Shown: positions 8,382 through 18,567, counted from the stretch's first letter. The stretch is 39,793 bases of DNA from a virus (IMGVR_UViG_3300017913_001925:1-39793); one strand, 5' to 3'. Notes: generated by a model from the sequence alone, not told the origin. Program-made: numbers and translations.

Positions 8382-8602
8382 TGACTAGATATATTTTAAC
8401 ACAACTTATTAGAGAGGTTCTTCATGAGAACTATGCCGACGGTAAAAAGAAAGGTAAATCTAGACCTGGCAGAGTAAAGAAAGCTGGTGCAAGCTGTAAA
8501 GGTTCAGTTTCTTCATTGAGAGCAAAAGCTAAAAAGTATGGAGGTGAAAAAGGTAAAATGTACCACTGGTGTGCAAATATGAAAAGTGGCAAGAAAAAGT
8601 AA
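8381..8602 (+). CDS. small basic protein with LTQLIREVLHE leader
   Basis: Leader followed by NYADGKKKGKSRPGR...HWCANMKSG basic module. Confidence 0.7.
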   Translation: MTRYILTQLIREVLHENYADGKKKGKSRPGRVKKAGASCKGSVSSLRAKAKKYGGEKGKMYHWCANMKSGKKK

Positions 8603-9074
8603 AGAACGTTTTGATATAATAGATGTTGAGAATTTATTTTCTCAATGGCATCGTGATGTAAAACTTTTTACTTACAACCTTAATCAAGAATGTGCACTTA
8701 AAGTAATAAAAGCTAAAGCAATAAGTTCTTATGATATACAAAATCATAAAGAACTTTTTAATTTTACTAACACGGTAGAGTGTCAAGACATTTTAAAACG
8801 GGTGTTGGTAGAAAAAAATGTTGATAGTTTTTTAGACATACTTAAAGAAAGAGATAACTTACACCCAAGAGTATTTGATAGAGGGTACACAGTTAAAGAA
8901 CTTTATAATTTAGTAAAGAGCAATAATTATCACCCCCTTCTATTTTTAGAACTGAATAAAAAACTATATATTATAGACGGTAGAACTAGACTCTACTGTT
9001 GTTTGTTTTTAAATAAACCTGCTAAAGTAAGAATAGTAACTGATAAAGAATTAAATGAAAGTTGCAAACAATAA
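8586..9074 (+). CDS. ParB/sulfiredoxin-like domain protein
   Basis: YHPLLF...YIIDGRTRL resembles the ParB-N DGxHR box; GTG start. Confidence 0.5.
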   Translation: MARKSKERFDIIDVENLFSQWHRDVKLFTYNLNQECALKVIKAKAISSYDIQNHKELFNFTNTVECQDILKRVLVEKNVDSFLDILKERDNLHPRVFDRGYTVKELYNLVKSNNYHPLLFLELNKKLYIIDGRTRLYCCLFLNKPAKVRIVTDKELNESCKQ

Positions 9075-9684
9075 GTTACGAGAGGAAGCATATTTTTTAG
9101 ATGCTACAGAAGACATAGATGTCCTTAAAGATCCTTTCTGTGTAGATTTATTTGATCAAAATGGTTATCATCTTACAAAAGCAGAACAAGCTTTCCTAAC
9201 TCGTAACGGATATCAACCAATAGTTAGACGTCATGAAGATTGTCTAAGACACGATTGGTTTATATGGGATAAAAGAGAAGGTGCTCATATTAATCATGCA
9301 GACTTATTTGAAAGAAAAGGATTTAAAGATACTGCTTTAGACCAATTGCTGGCTATTGCAGAACAGTTTAATCCCATGTTATACAAACTAGTTAAAATGA
9401 AACCTAAATGGGGTATAGATATCTCTATAGATTACGTTTCAGAAGATGCTGTATTTGAGGTATTCCATTATGAATGGGATGCTTTTGAATATAGTGCTGT
9501 TATGGAAAAGAAACATGAATTAGAATATTTTGTCTTGAACCAGGATTGGGACGATATTGCTAAAAAGTTATGGAAGAAAAAAGATGAATGGTATCATCTG
9601 GATTTCTTTGAACAAACTAAATGGCGTACTGATTTCTTTGGATTATCCCCTGAAAAGTTCAAAAACGTTATTTGGGATAGCTAA
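9055..9684 (+). CDS. hypothetical protein (aromatic-rich, FDQNGYHL / INHADLFERKG / PKWGIDISIDY)
   Basis: ORF track; normal codon pattern; function not recognised. Confidence 0.7.
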   Translation: MKVANNKLREEAYFLDATEDIDVLKDPFCVDLFDQNGYHLTKAEQAFLTRNGYQPIVRRHEDCLRHDWFIWDKREGAHINHADLFERKGFKDTALDQLLAIAEQFNPMLYKLVKMKPKWGIDISIDYVSEDAVFEVFHYEWDAFEYSAVMEKKHELEYFVLNQDWDDIAKKLWKKKDEWYHLDFFEQTKWRTDFFGLSPEKFKNVIWDS

Positions 9685-9690
9685 TCTATT

Positions 9691-9698
9691 TATTTATA
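9691..9698 (+). promoter_or_regulatory. putative late promoter TATTTATA
   Basis: Intergenic, 23 nt before the ATG at 9722. Confidence 0.65.
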
Positions 9699-9721
9699 TA
9701 CGTATATAAAACAATTTGCAA

Positions 9722-12256
9722 ATGACCTATCAAGAGATAAAGGACCGTTTATCTAAATGCGAATTAACTTTAGAAAAACTAAAAAACGGTACAAAACCAA
9801 ATACTCCTGAAGTACGAAAAGAAATAAACAAACTTACAGTCCTCAAGGAATCTTATCAAAGACATTTACTAGAAGCCGATAAAGGCATGGTGTACACTGA
9901 CGATGAAGATAAAGCTAAAGAACTTGCTGACGATGGGGCAAACGTTAAACTTACAGTTAAAGAACGTTTAAAAGAAAACGAAGGAGTAAAATTCTCAGTA
10001 GAAGAAACTAAAGCTATTGCTAAAAAGGTAGGTAAGGCATTAGCACTTTCACTAAGAAATTTAGGTGATCAAGTACACTCTATGAAAGCTCACCATATAG
10101 AAGAGAATTCATTTGAAGTAGAAATTAACTTTAAAGGTACAGGTCCTAACGACGAGTTCTCTTTTTACATTGTAGATGACACTCTTCATTTAGTTGATTT
10201 TTCTTTTGATAAAGAATTAGTTGACGTTGGTGTTAAACCTTCAGGAGAAGCTATAGTTCATGTAGAGCACCTAGCAAACGAACTTACTAAGCATTTTAAG
10301 TCTTTAAATGAAGATGAAGAAGAAGATGCCAAAAATGATGCTGACTACGAAGCAGGGTGGACTGACGACCCAAGAATGGATGAAGCAGCTTACACACAAC
10401 CTAAACACTTTGACATTTGCCCTGGTGCTGAAACATTAAGAAATAAACTTATCGATGGAGGAAAGTCTCCTGAAGAGTTAAGTGATTGGACTAGATTACA
10501 TGACGACTTGTTTAAACTTGAAAAAGCTGTAATTAAAGTAAATAAAGCTGACGATAAACATGTTGAAGCAGCAAGTAAGTTAAGAGAGAAAATTATACAT
10601 ATTTCTAGAGACCTAGGTATAGAAGCAGAGGATATAACTTACTTAAAAAGTCATGTTGAAAAAATAAAAGATATTGCCGATGGTAAATCTTTAAATGAAG
10701 CACCTGATAACATGTATTACATTAAAGTAAAAAAAACAGATAAGGCTAGCTTAAATGGTCTTCAAGATGTAATTGAAACTTGGTATAGCCCAGTTAAATT
10801 TGCTGACATAGTAGATGATGATGGAGCCGGTAATGTTGTTTTTTACTTAAAGAAAAGTGACTGGGACCCTGGGATGGAAGACGACATAGTGGGTAACGGT
10901 GTACAAATATATGATACAAATATGCCATTATCAGAAGGTGAAAAAGAAACTGACGATTACGGTAGACCTCACGTACCTGAAAAAGGTTCATCAACGTATG
11001 TAGACCCAAAAGATATGACAACCTCTGCAAGAGCTGAAAAAATGCTTAATAAAGAAGATAAGGATATAGGACATCAAGATGACGAACCAGACATGCTTCA
11101 AGCAACTGCTTATGAAGTAGCATCTTATGCTGCTAAGTTAGTTAAGAAGTTACAAAAGTATGATAACTTTGATGGTGAGGTAGATTTTCCAAATTGGTGG
11201 CAAGCCAAATTAATCTTGGCAAAAGATTATATGCAAAAAGCTTACCACTATCTTGACTCAGAAGAAAAACAACCTGCTATTGATCAATTAGCTTTAGAAA
11301 ATAAACCACCAAAGCCTAGTAGAATATACGACAAGAAAGCTAGTCGTACGTATGATCAAATTAACGGTTCAATTATACAAGATTTGGTCTACATGAAAGA
11401 GTATGTAGAAAAAGAAGGTGATGAAGAGGCAATGCGTCATTTTAAAAGAGCTGATATGGCTTACATGGACTTCGATGAATATATGACTTACGATGATACA
11501 GCAAGGCGTACCAGAGAACCTGGACGTTTAGAAGAAGCAATGTCCTCAGAACAAAAAGAGGCAATTTACGATTTAGAGAATATTTTAGATCAGGCTGCTC
11601 AATTAGGTGATGAAGCAAGAGACATTATTAAGCAGCATTTTCCTAACGAACTAAGTGCTGGAGATGCTTACGATGTATTTAACTTCGGTTCAAGTTCAAA
11701 TAGCTATGATAAGACTTTAGAAACTTTAATTAGTGATATTCAAAGAACAGCTGAAGAAGAGGATTTCGATGATGACGATTTAGATGAAGGAATTGGAAAA
11801 ATACAAAAAGCTCATAGTCAGTTAATAAAGCAAATGAAAGATCTTGCTGCTAGATATAAAGCAGGAGATAAAGAAGTAATAAAACAGTTAAAAGATTTAA
11901 CTGCTAAGAAAAAGAGATTAGAAAAAGAATTAGATAAAGCTGTTAGTAACACTGGACGAAATCAACAGTTAGCTGAAAACGAAATAAGAGATGCTGAAGA
12001 CGATCCAGGAACAGCAGCTTATAGAAAAATTAGAGACGAAATACAAAAGCATGCTCGTAGATTAAATGACGATGATGCTTACACCATGCATGAGTTGTTG
12101 AAAGATTTTTTTAATAGACTTATGGAAATGAATAAAAGTAAAGAACCTTTAAACGAAGAAGCAACTTGTTGTGGTAGGTGTGGTAGAGTTCACGTTAAAG
12201 GCAGTGGGTGTAAAAGACCATACCTCAAAGGTAAGTCTCATTGTAGAAATAAATAA
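9722..12256 (+). CDS. large acidic mosaic protein, putative protease-processed internal head polyprotein
   Basis: ORF track starts at TTG 9716; ATG at 9722 is more likely. About a dozen [LM]-x-E junctions separate short unrelated segments; C-terminal CCGRCGRVH...HC Cys/His module. Confidence 0.7.
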   Translation: MTYQEIKDRLSKCELTLEKLKNGTKPNTPEVRKEINKLTVLKESYQRHLLEADKGMVYTDDEDKAKELADDGANVKLTVKERLKENEGVKFSVEETKAIAKKVGKALALSLRNLGDQVHSMKAHHIEENSFEVEINFKGTGPNDEFSFYIVDDTLHLVDFSFDKELVDVGVKPSGEAIVHVEHLANELTKHFKSLNEDEEEDAKNDADYEAGWTDDPRMDEAAYTQPKHFDICPGAETLRNKLIDGGKSPEELSDWTRLHDDLFKLEKAVIKVNKADDKHVEAASKLREKIIHISRDLGIEAEDITYLKSHVEKIKDIADGKSLNEAPDNMYYIKVKKTDKASLNGLQDVIETWYSPVKFADIVDDDGAGNVVFYLKKSDWDPGMEDDIVGNGVQIYDTNMPLSEGEKETDDYGRPHVPEKGSSTYVDPKDMTTSARAEKMLNKEDKDIGHQDDEPDMLQATAYEVASYAAKLVKKLQKYDNFDGEVDFPNWWQAKLILAKDYMQKAYHYLDSEEKQPAIDQLALENKPPKPSRIYDKKASRTYDQINGSIIQDLVYMKEYVEKEGDEEAMRHFKRADMAYMDFDEYMTYDDTARRTREPGRLEEAMSSEQKEAIYDLENILDQAAQLGDEARDIIKQHFPNELSAGDAYDVFNFGSSSNSYDKTLETLISDIQRTAEEEDFDDDDLDEGIGKIQKAHSQLIKQMKDLAARYKAGDKEVIKQLKDLTAKKKRLEKELDKAVSNTGRNQQLAENEIRDAEDDPGTAAYRKIRDEIQKHARRLNDDDAYTMHELLKDFFNRLMEMNKSKEPLNEEATCCGRCGRVHVKGSGCKRPYLKGKSHCRNK

Positions 12257-12259
12257 TAT

Positions 12260-13318
12260 ATGAATAAGCTCGAAAAACTTATTTTAGAAGCTTTTGCTGA
12301 ACACACCGTTTCTGAATCTAAAAAAGTAGATCAGTTACCAAAAGCTTTTATAGCTGCTATAGAAAAGAAGTATGGAAAAATGCATCCAAAGGATTTCTTT
12401 TCAAACGATTTATCTCGTTATATGAAAACTGACGATGTTAATAAAGAAACAGGATCAGTTTCACATAGAGTTATAGCATTACCATCTTTTTTTAAAATGT
12501 ATGATGATTTTGAAGGTATTGTTGATGATATAAAATCATTAATGAGAAGTGATGATATAAGAAAAGATGCTGCAGCAAGAGAGTTATTCGAACTTATTAG
12601 AACTAACTTTAGAAAACTACAAGGGTATCTAAGAAAGGAACGTCCTGAACAATATGCATTAATTAGAATGCGTACTCAACTTGAAGAGTTACATGAGATG
12701 TTTGTTAGTCACGCCAATCTCTTAACTGAATCAAAAACACTTACTGAATCTATGCTTGATGATATTCAAGAAGATGAAGAACCAACACCTGAAGAACCAG
12801 GAGAAGAAAAAGGTGCAGTTTTAGAAGATGCTACAGATACTATATTAGGCAAATTTCCTACTTTAAAAGCAGCTATCATAAAACTACAAACAGAAGATTT
12901 TAAAGAGTTTGTAGAAAGTATAGATTGGATTTCACCAAGACCTACTTCATTTAGAATTAATCTTAAGAACGGTCAAGATTATACAATGAAGTGGACAGGT
13001 AAAACCTTCGAAGCTCAGATATTAGGTAAAAGATATGTGTTGTCAAATATTGCAGAATATCAACAGGCCTTAGATAAATTAGCTATATTGTATAAAGAAG
13101 CACCTATGACTGGAGCTGGAGAAGGAGAGCCTGCTGATACTGACACCGGAGGCGGTGGCGGAGGAGGAGGAGAGTTTCCTGGAGATGATGCTGCCGGCGG
13201 TGGTGAAGAAGGAGGTGAAGACCTTGGAGCTGATGATGCTGGAGGGGAAGAAGGAGGAGCCGATTTAGGTGGCGAAGAAATAGACTTCGAAGAACCAGCA
13301 GAAGAACCAGAAGTATAA
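12260..13318 (+). CDS. protein with MNKLEKLILE leader and Gly/Glu/Asp-rich disordered tail
   Basis: Leader; internal LTE/LTE/IQE sites; IDWISPRPTSFRINLKNGQ domain; GGGGGGGGEFPG tail. Confidence 0.72.
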   Translation: MNKLEKLILEAFAEHTVSESKKVDQLPKAFIAAIEKKYGKMHPKDFFSNDLSRYMKTDDVNKETGSVSHRVIALPSFFKMYDDFEGIVDDIKSLMRSDDIRKDAAARELFELIRTNFRKLQGYLRKERPEQYALIRMRTQLEELHEMFVSHANLLTESKTLTESMLDDIQEDEEPTPEEPGEEKGAVLEDATDTILGKFPTLKAAIIKLQTEDFKEFVESIDWISPRPTSFRINLKNGQDYTMKWTGKTFEAQILGKRYVLSNIAEYQQALDKLAILYKEAPMTGAGEGEPADTDTGGGGGGGGEFPGDDAAGGGEEGGEDLGADDAGGEEGGADLGGEEIDFEEPAEEPEV

Positions 13319-13325
13319 TAATAAT

Positions 13326-13952
13326 ATGAAAGATACATTTAACCTTAGAAAATTCTTAGCAGAGAATAAACTTACTTCTAATAGTAGGTATATCAATGAA
13401 GAGTTAGACTATGATATAGATGATGAGGATGCCGTACATGAACTTTTAGGCGATTTATTTGCTCCTGGTAATGCCAGAGGAGATCTTGACCTAGATTCAG
13501 TAGAGGATATTGCTTCTATGCTAAAAGGTTTCGGTACGTTCTATCCTAATGCTGTAAAAGATGCACTAGCTACCCTACAGGGGGATTTAGATAAAGAAGA
13601 TTTTATAAAACCTAATCACCTACCTAAACTTAAAAAAGCTTTTGCTATAGTTTTAAAGGCACAAAAAGCCACTAAAAAAAGTAAATCTAATTTACCAAAA
13701 CCTAAATCAGATCATCTAAGTAGCGAAGTCAGCAAAGTTTTTTCTGCTTTTGGAGGCTATGGTTCTGAAACCCTTACAAAAAAAGTTTTATTGACTTACG
13801 AAAAAAAGAAAACTGAAACTACTTTATTTAAAGCTATAAAATTTATTAGAGACAATGTTAATGGACGTCATGCTTTTGCGGATATATCCTCTGATAAAAG
13901 TAGAGTTGTTTTTTACGTAGGTAACGATAGTTTTATAATAGATATGATATAA
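13326..13952 (+). CDS. hypothetical protein with MKDTFNLRKFLAE leader
   Basis: Leader ends in FLAE (T4 CTS ends in FIAE); second site INEE. Confidence 0.7.
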   Translation: MKDTFNLRKFLAENKLTSNSRYINEELDYDIDDEDAVHELLGDLFAPGNARGDLDLDSVEDIASMLKGFGTFYPNAVKDALATLQGDLDKEDFIKPNHLPKLKKAFAIVLKAQKATKKSKSNLPKPKSDHLSSEVSKVFSAFGGYGSETLTKKVLLTYEKKKTETTLFKAIKFIRDNVNGRHAFADISSDKSRVVFYVGNDSFIIDMI

Positions 13953-15049
13953 TGAACGTTACAGATAAACTATATAACGAGTGGGCTTGGAGAACTAAAT
14001 CTGGTACTCCAGATATGAATAACCCAGAAGATAAAGCTATTTTAGATAATTTGATTGCTGAATTGACTGAAGAAAAAGAACTTTCTGGTAAAGCAAAACT
14101 AATTCAGTTGATAAAAAATACAGAGCTATCAGACGATCAAATAGAAAGAATTCAAAAAGGAATAGTCAATATTGGATATAAAGATGACGTATTCCAAAAA
14201 TTAAGAGATAAAGGTTATACTGAAGATGCATTTAAATCTAAAGGTGCATTAGAAGGTATTTTTAAACAATTAGGCGATACCGACCTAAACTCAGTACTCC
14301 AATATTTAAACAAACCCGCTAAGTTAACATCAGGTAAGCATAATATTATGAAGTTAACAGGGTTACCTGAAGATGTAATACGCTCAGTTTTTAATATAGA
14401 ACCTGGTATGGATGCAGGCGGATCAGCGATAGGACCGGGAGAGGTAGGTCTTGCTCTCTTGTTTAGTAATGTAGACAATAGATCAGGAGGAGGAGATTTA
14501 AATTGGAACGGTAGCAATTTGGAGGTAAAGAAAAACTCTGGAAGATTTGGACAACAGGGAGGTAGAGCATCAAGTTTAGATACGTTAGATTATTTAGCTG
14601 GTCAAGTGTTAGATAATGATGCTCAAAGCAGACTTAAAGAAGAACCTGGTAATGAAAATATGACTTTTGCTATTTCTAATTTAGCCAAAATTGCAAAGGA
14701 AGAAAAAGTTAGCACAGATAAAGTTACAAATGCTGTACAGAAAGTAATAGATCAAATATATTACGGCAAAGGATACGCTTCGAAATATATTACAGGAGAT
14801 AATATAACGGTTCCTGAAAAACTTAAAAAAGCTATTCTAAAAGTGAATATGCATAGTTATATGGATAAAAATAACATTGGGTCGTTTCTATTTTGGAATC
14901 CTACAAATTTAGATTATTTTACTTTTGGAAAAAACGACATAGACACTGTAGTCGATCAGAGACTTGTAGATACTACTGCAGCTAAAAAAACAAATGCAGC
15001 ATTAGGATTCAGATGGAATGACCCGTACCCAAAGTTGTTCTTTATTTAA
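13952..15049 (+). CDS. hypothetical protein with putative PD-(D/E)XK-like nuclease core
   Basis: N-terminal LYNEWAWR...G.PD module; IGPGEVGLALLF...GGGDL...LEVKK matches E...GD...EVK restriction-like spacing. Confidence 0.5.
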   Translation: MNVTDKLYNEWAWRTKSGTPDMNNPEDKAILDNLIAELTEEKELSGKAKLIQLIKNTELSDDQIERIQKGIVNIGYKDDVFQKLRDKGYTEDAFKSKGALEGIFKQLGDTDLNSVLQYLNKPAKLTSGKHNIMKLTGLPEDVIRSVFNIEPGMDAGGSAIGPGEVGLALLFSNVDNRSGGGDLNWNGSNLEVKKNSGRFGQQGGRASSLDTLDYLAGQVLDNDAQSRLKEEPGNENMTFAISNLAKIAKEEKVSTDKVTNAVQKVIDQIYYGKGYASKYITGDNITVPEKLKKAILKVNMHSYMDKNNIGSFLFWNPTNLDYFTFGKNDIDTVVDQRLVDTTAAKKTNAALGFRWNDPYPKLFFI

Positions 15050-15057
15050 AATAAGTT

Positions 15058-16632
15058 ATGGCAAAGGATATAAAAAAGATAATCGCACAAGAGTATATCA
15101 AGTGCGCAAAAGACCCGGCATACTTTATGAGGAAGTATTGCCATATACAACACCCTACTAGAGGTAGAATCTTATTTAACTTATATCCTTTTCAAGAAAA
15201 AGTACTTCATTTATTTAGAGATAACCAGTACTTAATTACTCTTAAGTCTAGACAGCTTGGGATATCAACACTTGCTGCAGCATATAGTTTATGGCTGATG
15301 CTTTTTCATAAGGATAAAAACGTACTAGCACTAGCAACTACTCAAGCAACTGCTAGAAACTTAGTAACCAAAGTTATCTTTATGTACGATGAGTTACCTA
15401 AATGGTTGAGGTTACCATCTACTGAAAAAAATAAATTATCATTAAGACTTAAAAACGGTTCTAAAGTAACTGCTAAATCATCATCACCTGATGCCGCACG
15501 ATCTGAAGCGGTATCGTTACTATTAATGGATGAGGCAGCGTTTATAGACAATATCGAAGAAACATTTACAGCAGCACAACAAACCCTAGCTACCGGTGGT
15601 CAATGTATGGCATTATCAACACCTAATGGTATCGGTAACTGGTTCCATCAAACATGGGAAAAGGCTGAGTCTGGAGAGAATAGTTTCTTACCTGTAAGGT
15701 TGCCTTGGACAGTTCACCCGGAAAGAGATCAAACATGGAGAGACCAGCAAGATAAAGACTTAGGTCCTCGTATGGCAGGACAGGAATGTGATTGTGACTT
15801 CTTAGCTTCTGGTGATACTGTATTTGAACCAGATGATATGTCGTTCTTTGAAGAGACTTATCAAAAAGATGCTCTTGAAAGAAGAGGTGTAGACGGTAAC
15901 TTGTGGATATGGGAAGGAGTAGATTACTCTAAGTCTTATATGGTTGTAGCTGACGTTGCACGAGGTGATTCAACTGACTATTCAGCCTTCCATATCTTTG
16001 ATATAGAAAACTGCGTACAAGTAGGAGAATATAGAGGAAAGCTTTCTCCTAAAGATTTCGGCAACATGTTAGTTGGTATAGCTTCAGAATATAATGAAGC
16101 ATTACTCGTAGTAGAAAATGCTAATATTGGATGGGCTACAATTGAACAGTTACTTGAAAGAGAATATAGAAACATTTATTATAGCTCTACTACTCAAATG
16201 GAAACAGTAGAGTCATATATGCACAAATACGAAAGAGATAAGTTAGTTCCTGGCTTTACAATGTCAATGAGAACTAGACCACTCGTTATTGCAAAGATGA
16301 TTGAATACATAAGAGAAAAATCAGTTACTATTCAATCTAAACGATTAATGCAAGAAATGAGAGTTTTTGTATGGAAGAATGGTAAAGCTCAAGCTCAAGA
16401 TAGGTATAACGACGACCTTATAATGTCATGTGCGACAGCTTTATATGTTAGAGATACAGCGTTAAAACTAAGACAGCAAGGTATGGATCTTGCTAGAGCT
16501 CAGTTATCTTCATTTAACAAGCTAAATGCTCGTAACAATGCTGTTATACAAACAGTTGGATACCGTAGAGAAAATCCTTATCTTTTAGATACACCTGCTG
16601 GCAAAGAAGATATCAGTTGGTTGATAAAATAG
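15058..16632 (+). CDS. terL: terminase large subunit (T4 gp17-like)
   Basis: LYPFQ Q-motif, KSRQLGIST Walker A, LLLMDEAAF Walker B, STPNG, nuclease-domain VVADVARG...DYSAF and DDLIMS. Confidence 0.96.
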   Translation: MAKDIKKIIAQEYIKCAKDPAYFMRKYCHIQHPTRGRILFNLYPFQEKVLHLFRDNQYLITLKSRQLGISTLAAAYSLWLMLFHKDKNVLALATTQATARNLVTKVIFMYDELPKWLRLPSTEKNKLSLRLKNGSKVTAKSSSPDAARSEAVSLLLMDEAAFIDNIEETFTAAQQTLATGGQCMALSTPNGIGNWFHQTWEKAESGENSFLPVRLPWTVHPERDQTWRDQQDKDLGPRMAGQECDCDFLASGDTVFEPDDMSFFEETYQKDALERRGVDGNLWIWEGVDYSKSYMVVADVARGDSTDYSAFHIFDIENCVQVGEYRGKLSPKDFGNMLVGIASEYNEALLVVENANIGWATIEQLLEREYRNIYYSSTTQMETVESYMHKYERDKLVPGFTMSMRTRPLVIAKMIEYIREKSVTIQSKRLMQEMRVFVWKNGKAQAQDRYNDDLIMSCATALYVRDTALKLRQQGMDLARAQLSSFNKLNARNNAVIQTVGYRRENPYLLDTPAGKEDISWLIK

Positions 16633-16634
16633 TA

Positions 16635-16642
16635 TATTTATA
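16635..16642 (+). promoter_or_regulatory. putative late promoter TATTTATA
   Basis: Intergenic, 16 nt before the portal ATG. Confidence 0.7.
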
Positions 16643-16658
16643 TATAAACTAACCCCTA

Positions 16659-18563
16659 ATGGCGGATACTTCATTATTTGGTAGACTGAGAAGACTTTTT
16701 TCTTCTGATGTAGTAGTTAGAAACATCGGAGGAGATCAGTTAAAGGTTGCTGATATCAATTCAATACAAAAGACAGGGAGATACCAAACAAACTCTCTCA
16801 TCGATAGATTCAACAGACTTTACGTTTATAACAACCGTAATGTTTATAATCCAAATCTAAATTACCAAACACTTCGAGTTCAATTATACTCAGATTACGA
16901 AGCAATGGATACTGACCCTATTATTGCTTCTGCACTTGATATTGTATCAGATGAAGCTACTATCAAGAACGACCAAGGTGAAGTAGTTTCAATAAAATCA
17001 TCAGATGAGAATATACAAAGAGTTCTATACAACTTATTTTATGACGTATTAAACGTTGAGTTTAACTTATGGTCATGGACACGTAATATGCTTAAATACG
17101 GAGACTTTTTCCTAAAGCTAGAGATAGCAGAGAAGTTCGGAGTGTATAACGTGTTACCTTACACAGTCTATAACGTAATTAGACATGAAGGATTTGATCC
17201 TGAAAATCCTAACGAAGTAAAATTCGAATTAGAGATAGATGGAATTGCAGCAGCATCAGATCCTAACTACACTAAAAAGCCAAACAAACAGAATATTGTA
17301 TTTGATAATTACGAAGTAGCACACTTTAGGTTATTATCAGATGTCACTTACTTACCTTACGGTAGATCATATTTAGAACCTGCTAGAAAGATATTCAAGC
17401 AGACTAACTTGATGGAAGATGCAATGCTTATTCATAGAATAATGCGTGCACCTGAAAAGAGAATGTTTTACATTAATGTTGGTTCTATTCCTCCAAACGA
17501 AGTCGATCAGTTTATGCAAAAGACTATCGATTCGATGAAGAAGACACCATACATTGGTACTGATGGTAATTACAACCTTAAGTTTAATATTCAAAACATG
17601 ATGGAGGATTTCTACCTACCTGTAAGAGGTGGTGACAATTCTACCCGTATTGAAACTACAAAAGGTTTAGATTATGACGGTACTACCGACGTTCAATACC
17701 TACAATCTAAATTATTTGCTGCATTAAAGATACCGAAAGCTTATTTTGGATATGAAGGAGATCTTCAAGGTAAAGCAACTTTAGCAGCTGAAGATATTAG
17801 ATTTGCAAGAACTGTAGAAAGAATCCAAAAAATATTAGAATCAGAGTTAACTAAGATTGCTCTAATTCATTTATACACTCAAGGATTTACTGGAGAGAGT
17901 TTAACCAATTTTGAAATTAAATTATCTACTCCATCTATAATATTTGAACAAGAAAAGGTAGCATTATTAAAAGAGAAGATAGATCTTGCTTCTCAAATGA
18001 AAGATACTAAAATGTTCTCTACTGATTATATCTTTGAAAATATATTTGATATGTCAGAAGATGCTTATATGGAACAAAGAGATCTAGTTAGAGAAGATAC
18101 TAAACGTGCATTTAGATTGGCTCAAATTGAAAGTGAGGGTAATGATCCTGCTAAGTCTGGAGTAACTTACGGTACACCTCATGATCTAGCATCTATGTAC
18201 GGTAGAAGATCAACCAATACACCAAAAGGAGGATCACCAGGAGAAGTACCAGACGGTTATTCAGAATTGGAACCTCCAAAAGAGCAAGAATGGGGTCAGC
18301 CAGGACCAGAAGGCGGTAGACCAATAGAAAAAGCTTCAATGTACGGCACACAAGATAATCCGTTAGGAGGAAGAGATCCTCTAGGAGTCCACGGTATGAA
18401 AGGTGGTTATCCTTCGGATAATGAAAACGTTATGGAAAATAGATCTGCTAACACCGTTTACTTACAAAACAAAGATATGTTAAAAAAGATTGTTTTCGAT
18501 AAAAAGAAGGAAAATGAGTCGCAACTTCTAAGCGAGGACAACATTAAAGATTTAGGTAACTAA
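16659..18563 (+). CDS. gp20: portal protein (T4 gp20-like)
   Basis: LMEDAMLIHRIMRAPEKRMFYINVGSIP, MEDFYLP, ALKIP, DIRF motifs; follows terminase. Confidence 0.95.
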   Translation: MADTSLFGRLRRLFSSDVVVRNIGGDQLKVADINSIQKTGRYQTNSLIDRFNRLYVYNNRNVYNPNLNYQTLRVQLYSDYEAMDTDPIIASALDIVSDEATIKNDQGEVVSIKSSDENIQRVLYNLFYDVLNVEFNLWSWTRNMLKYGDFFLKLEIAEKFGVYNVLPYTVYNVIRHEGFDPENPNEVKFELEIDGIAAASDPNYTKKPNKQNIVFDNYEVAHFRLLSDVTYLPYGRSYLEPARKIFKQTNLMEDAMLIHRIMRAPEKRMFYINVGSIPPNEVDQFMQKTIDSMKKTPYIGTDGNYNLKFNIQNMMEDFYLPVRGGDNSTRIETTKGLDYDGTTDVQYLQSKLFAALKIPKAYFGYEGDLQGKATLAAEDIRFARTVERIQKILESELTKIALIHLYTQGFTGESLTNFEIKLSTPSIIFEQEKVALLKEKIDLASQMKDTKMFSTDYIFENIFDMSEDAYMEQRDLVREDTKRAFRLAQIESEGNDPAKSGVTYGTPHDLASMYGRRSTNTPKGGSPGEVPDGYSELEPPKEQEWGQPGPEGGRPIEKASMYGTQDNPLGGRDPLGVHGMKGGYPSDNENVMENRSANTVYLQNKDMLKKIVFDKKKENESQLLSEDNIKDLGN

Positions 18564-18567
18564 TACA

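Noticed and set aside
13110-13315. GC-rich island suggesting foreign DNA or an RNA element
   Set aside because: Explained by the Gly/Glu/Ala-rich tail of ORF 12260-13318.
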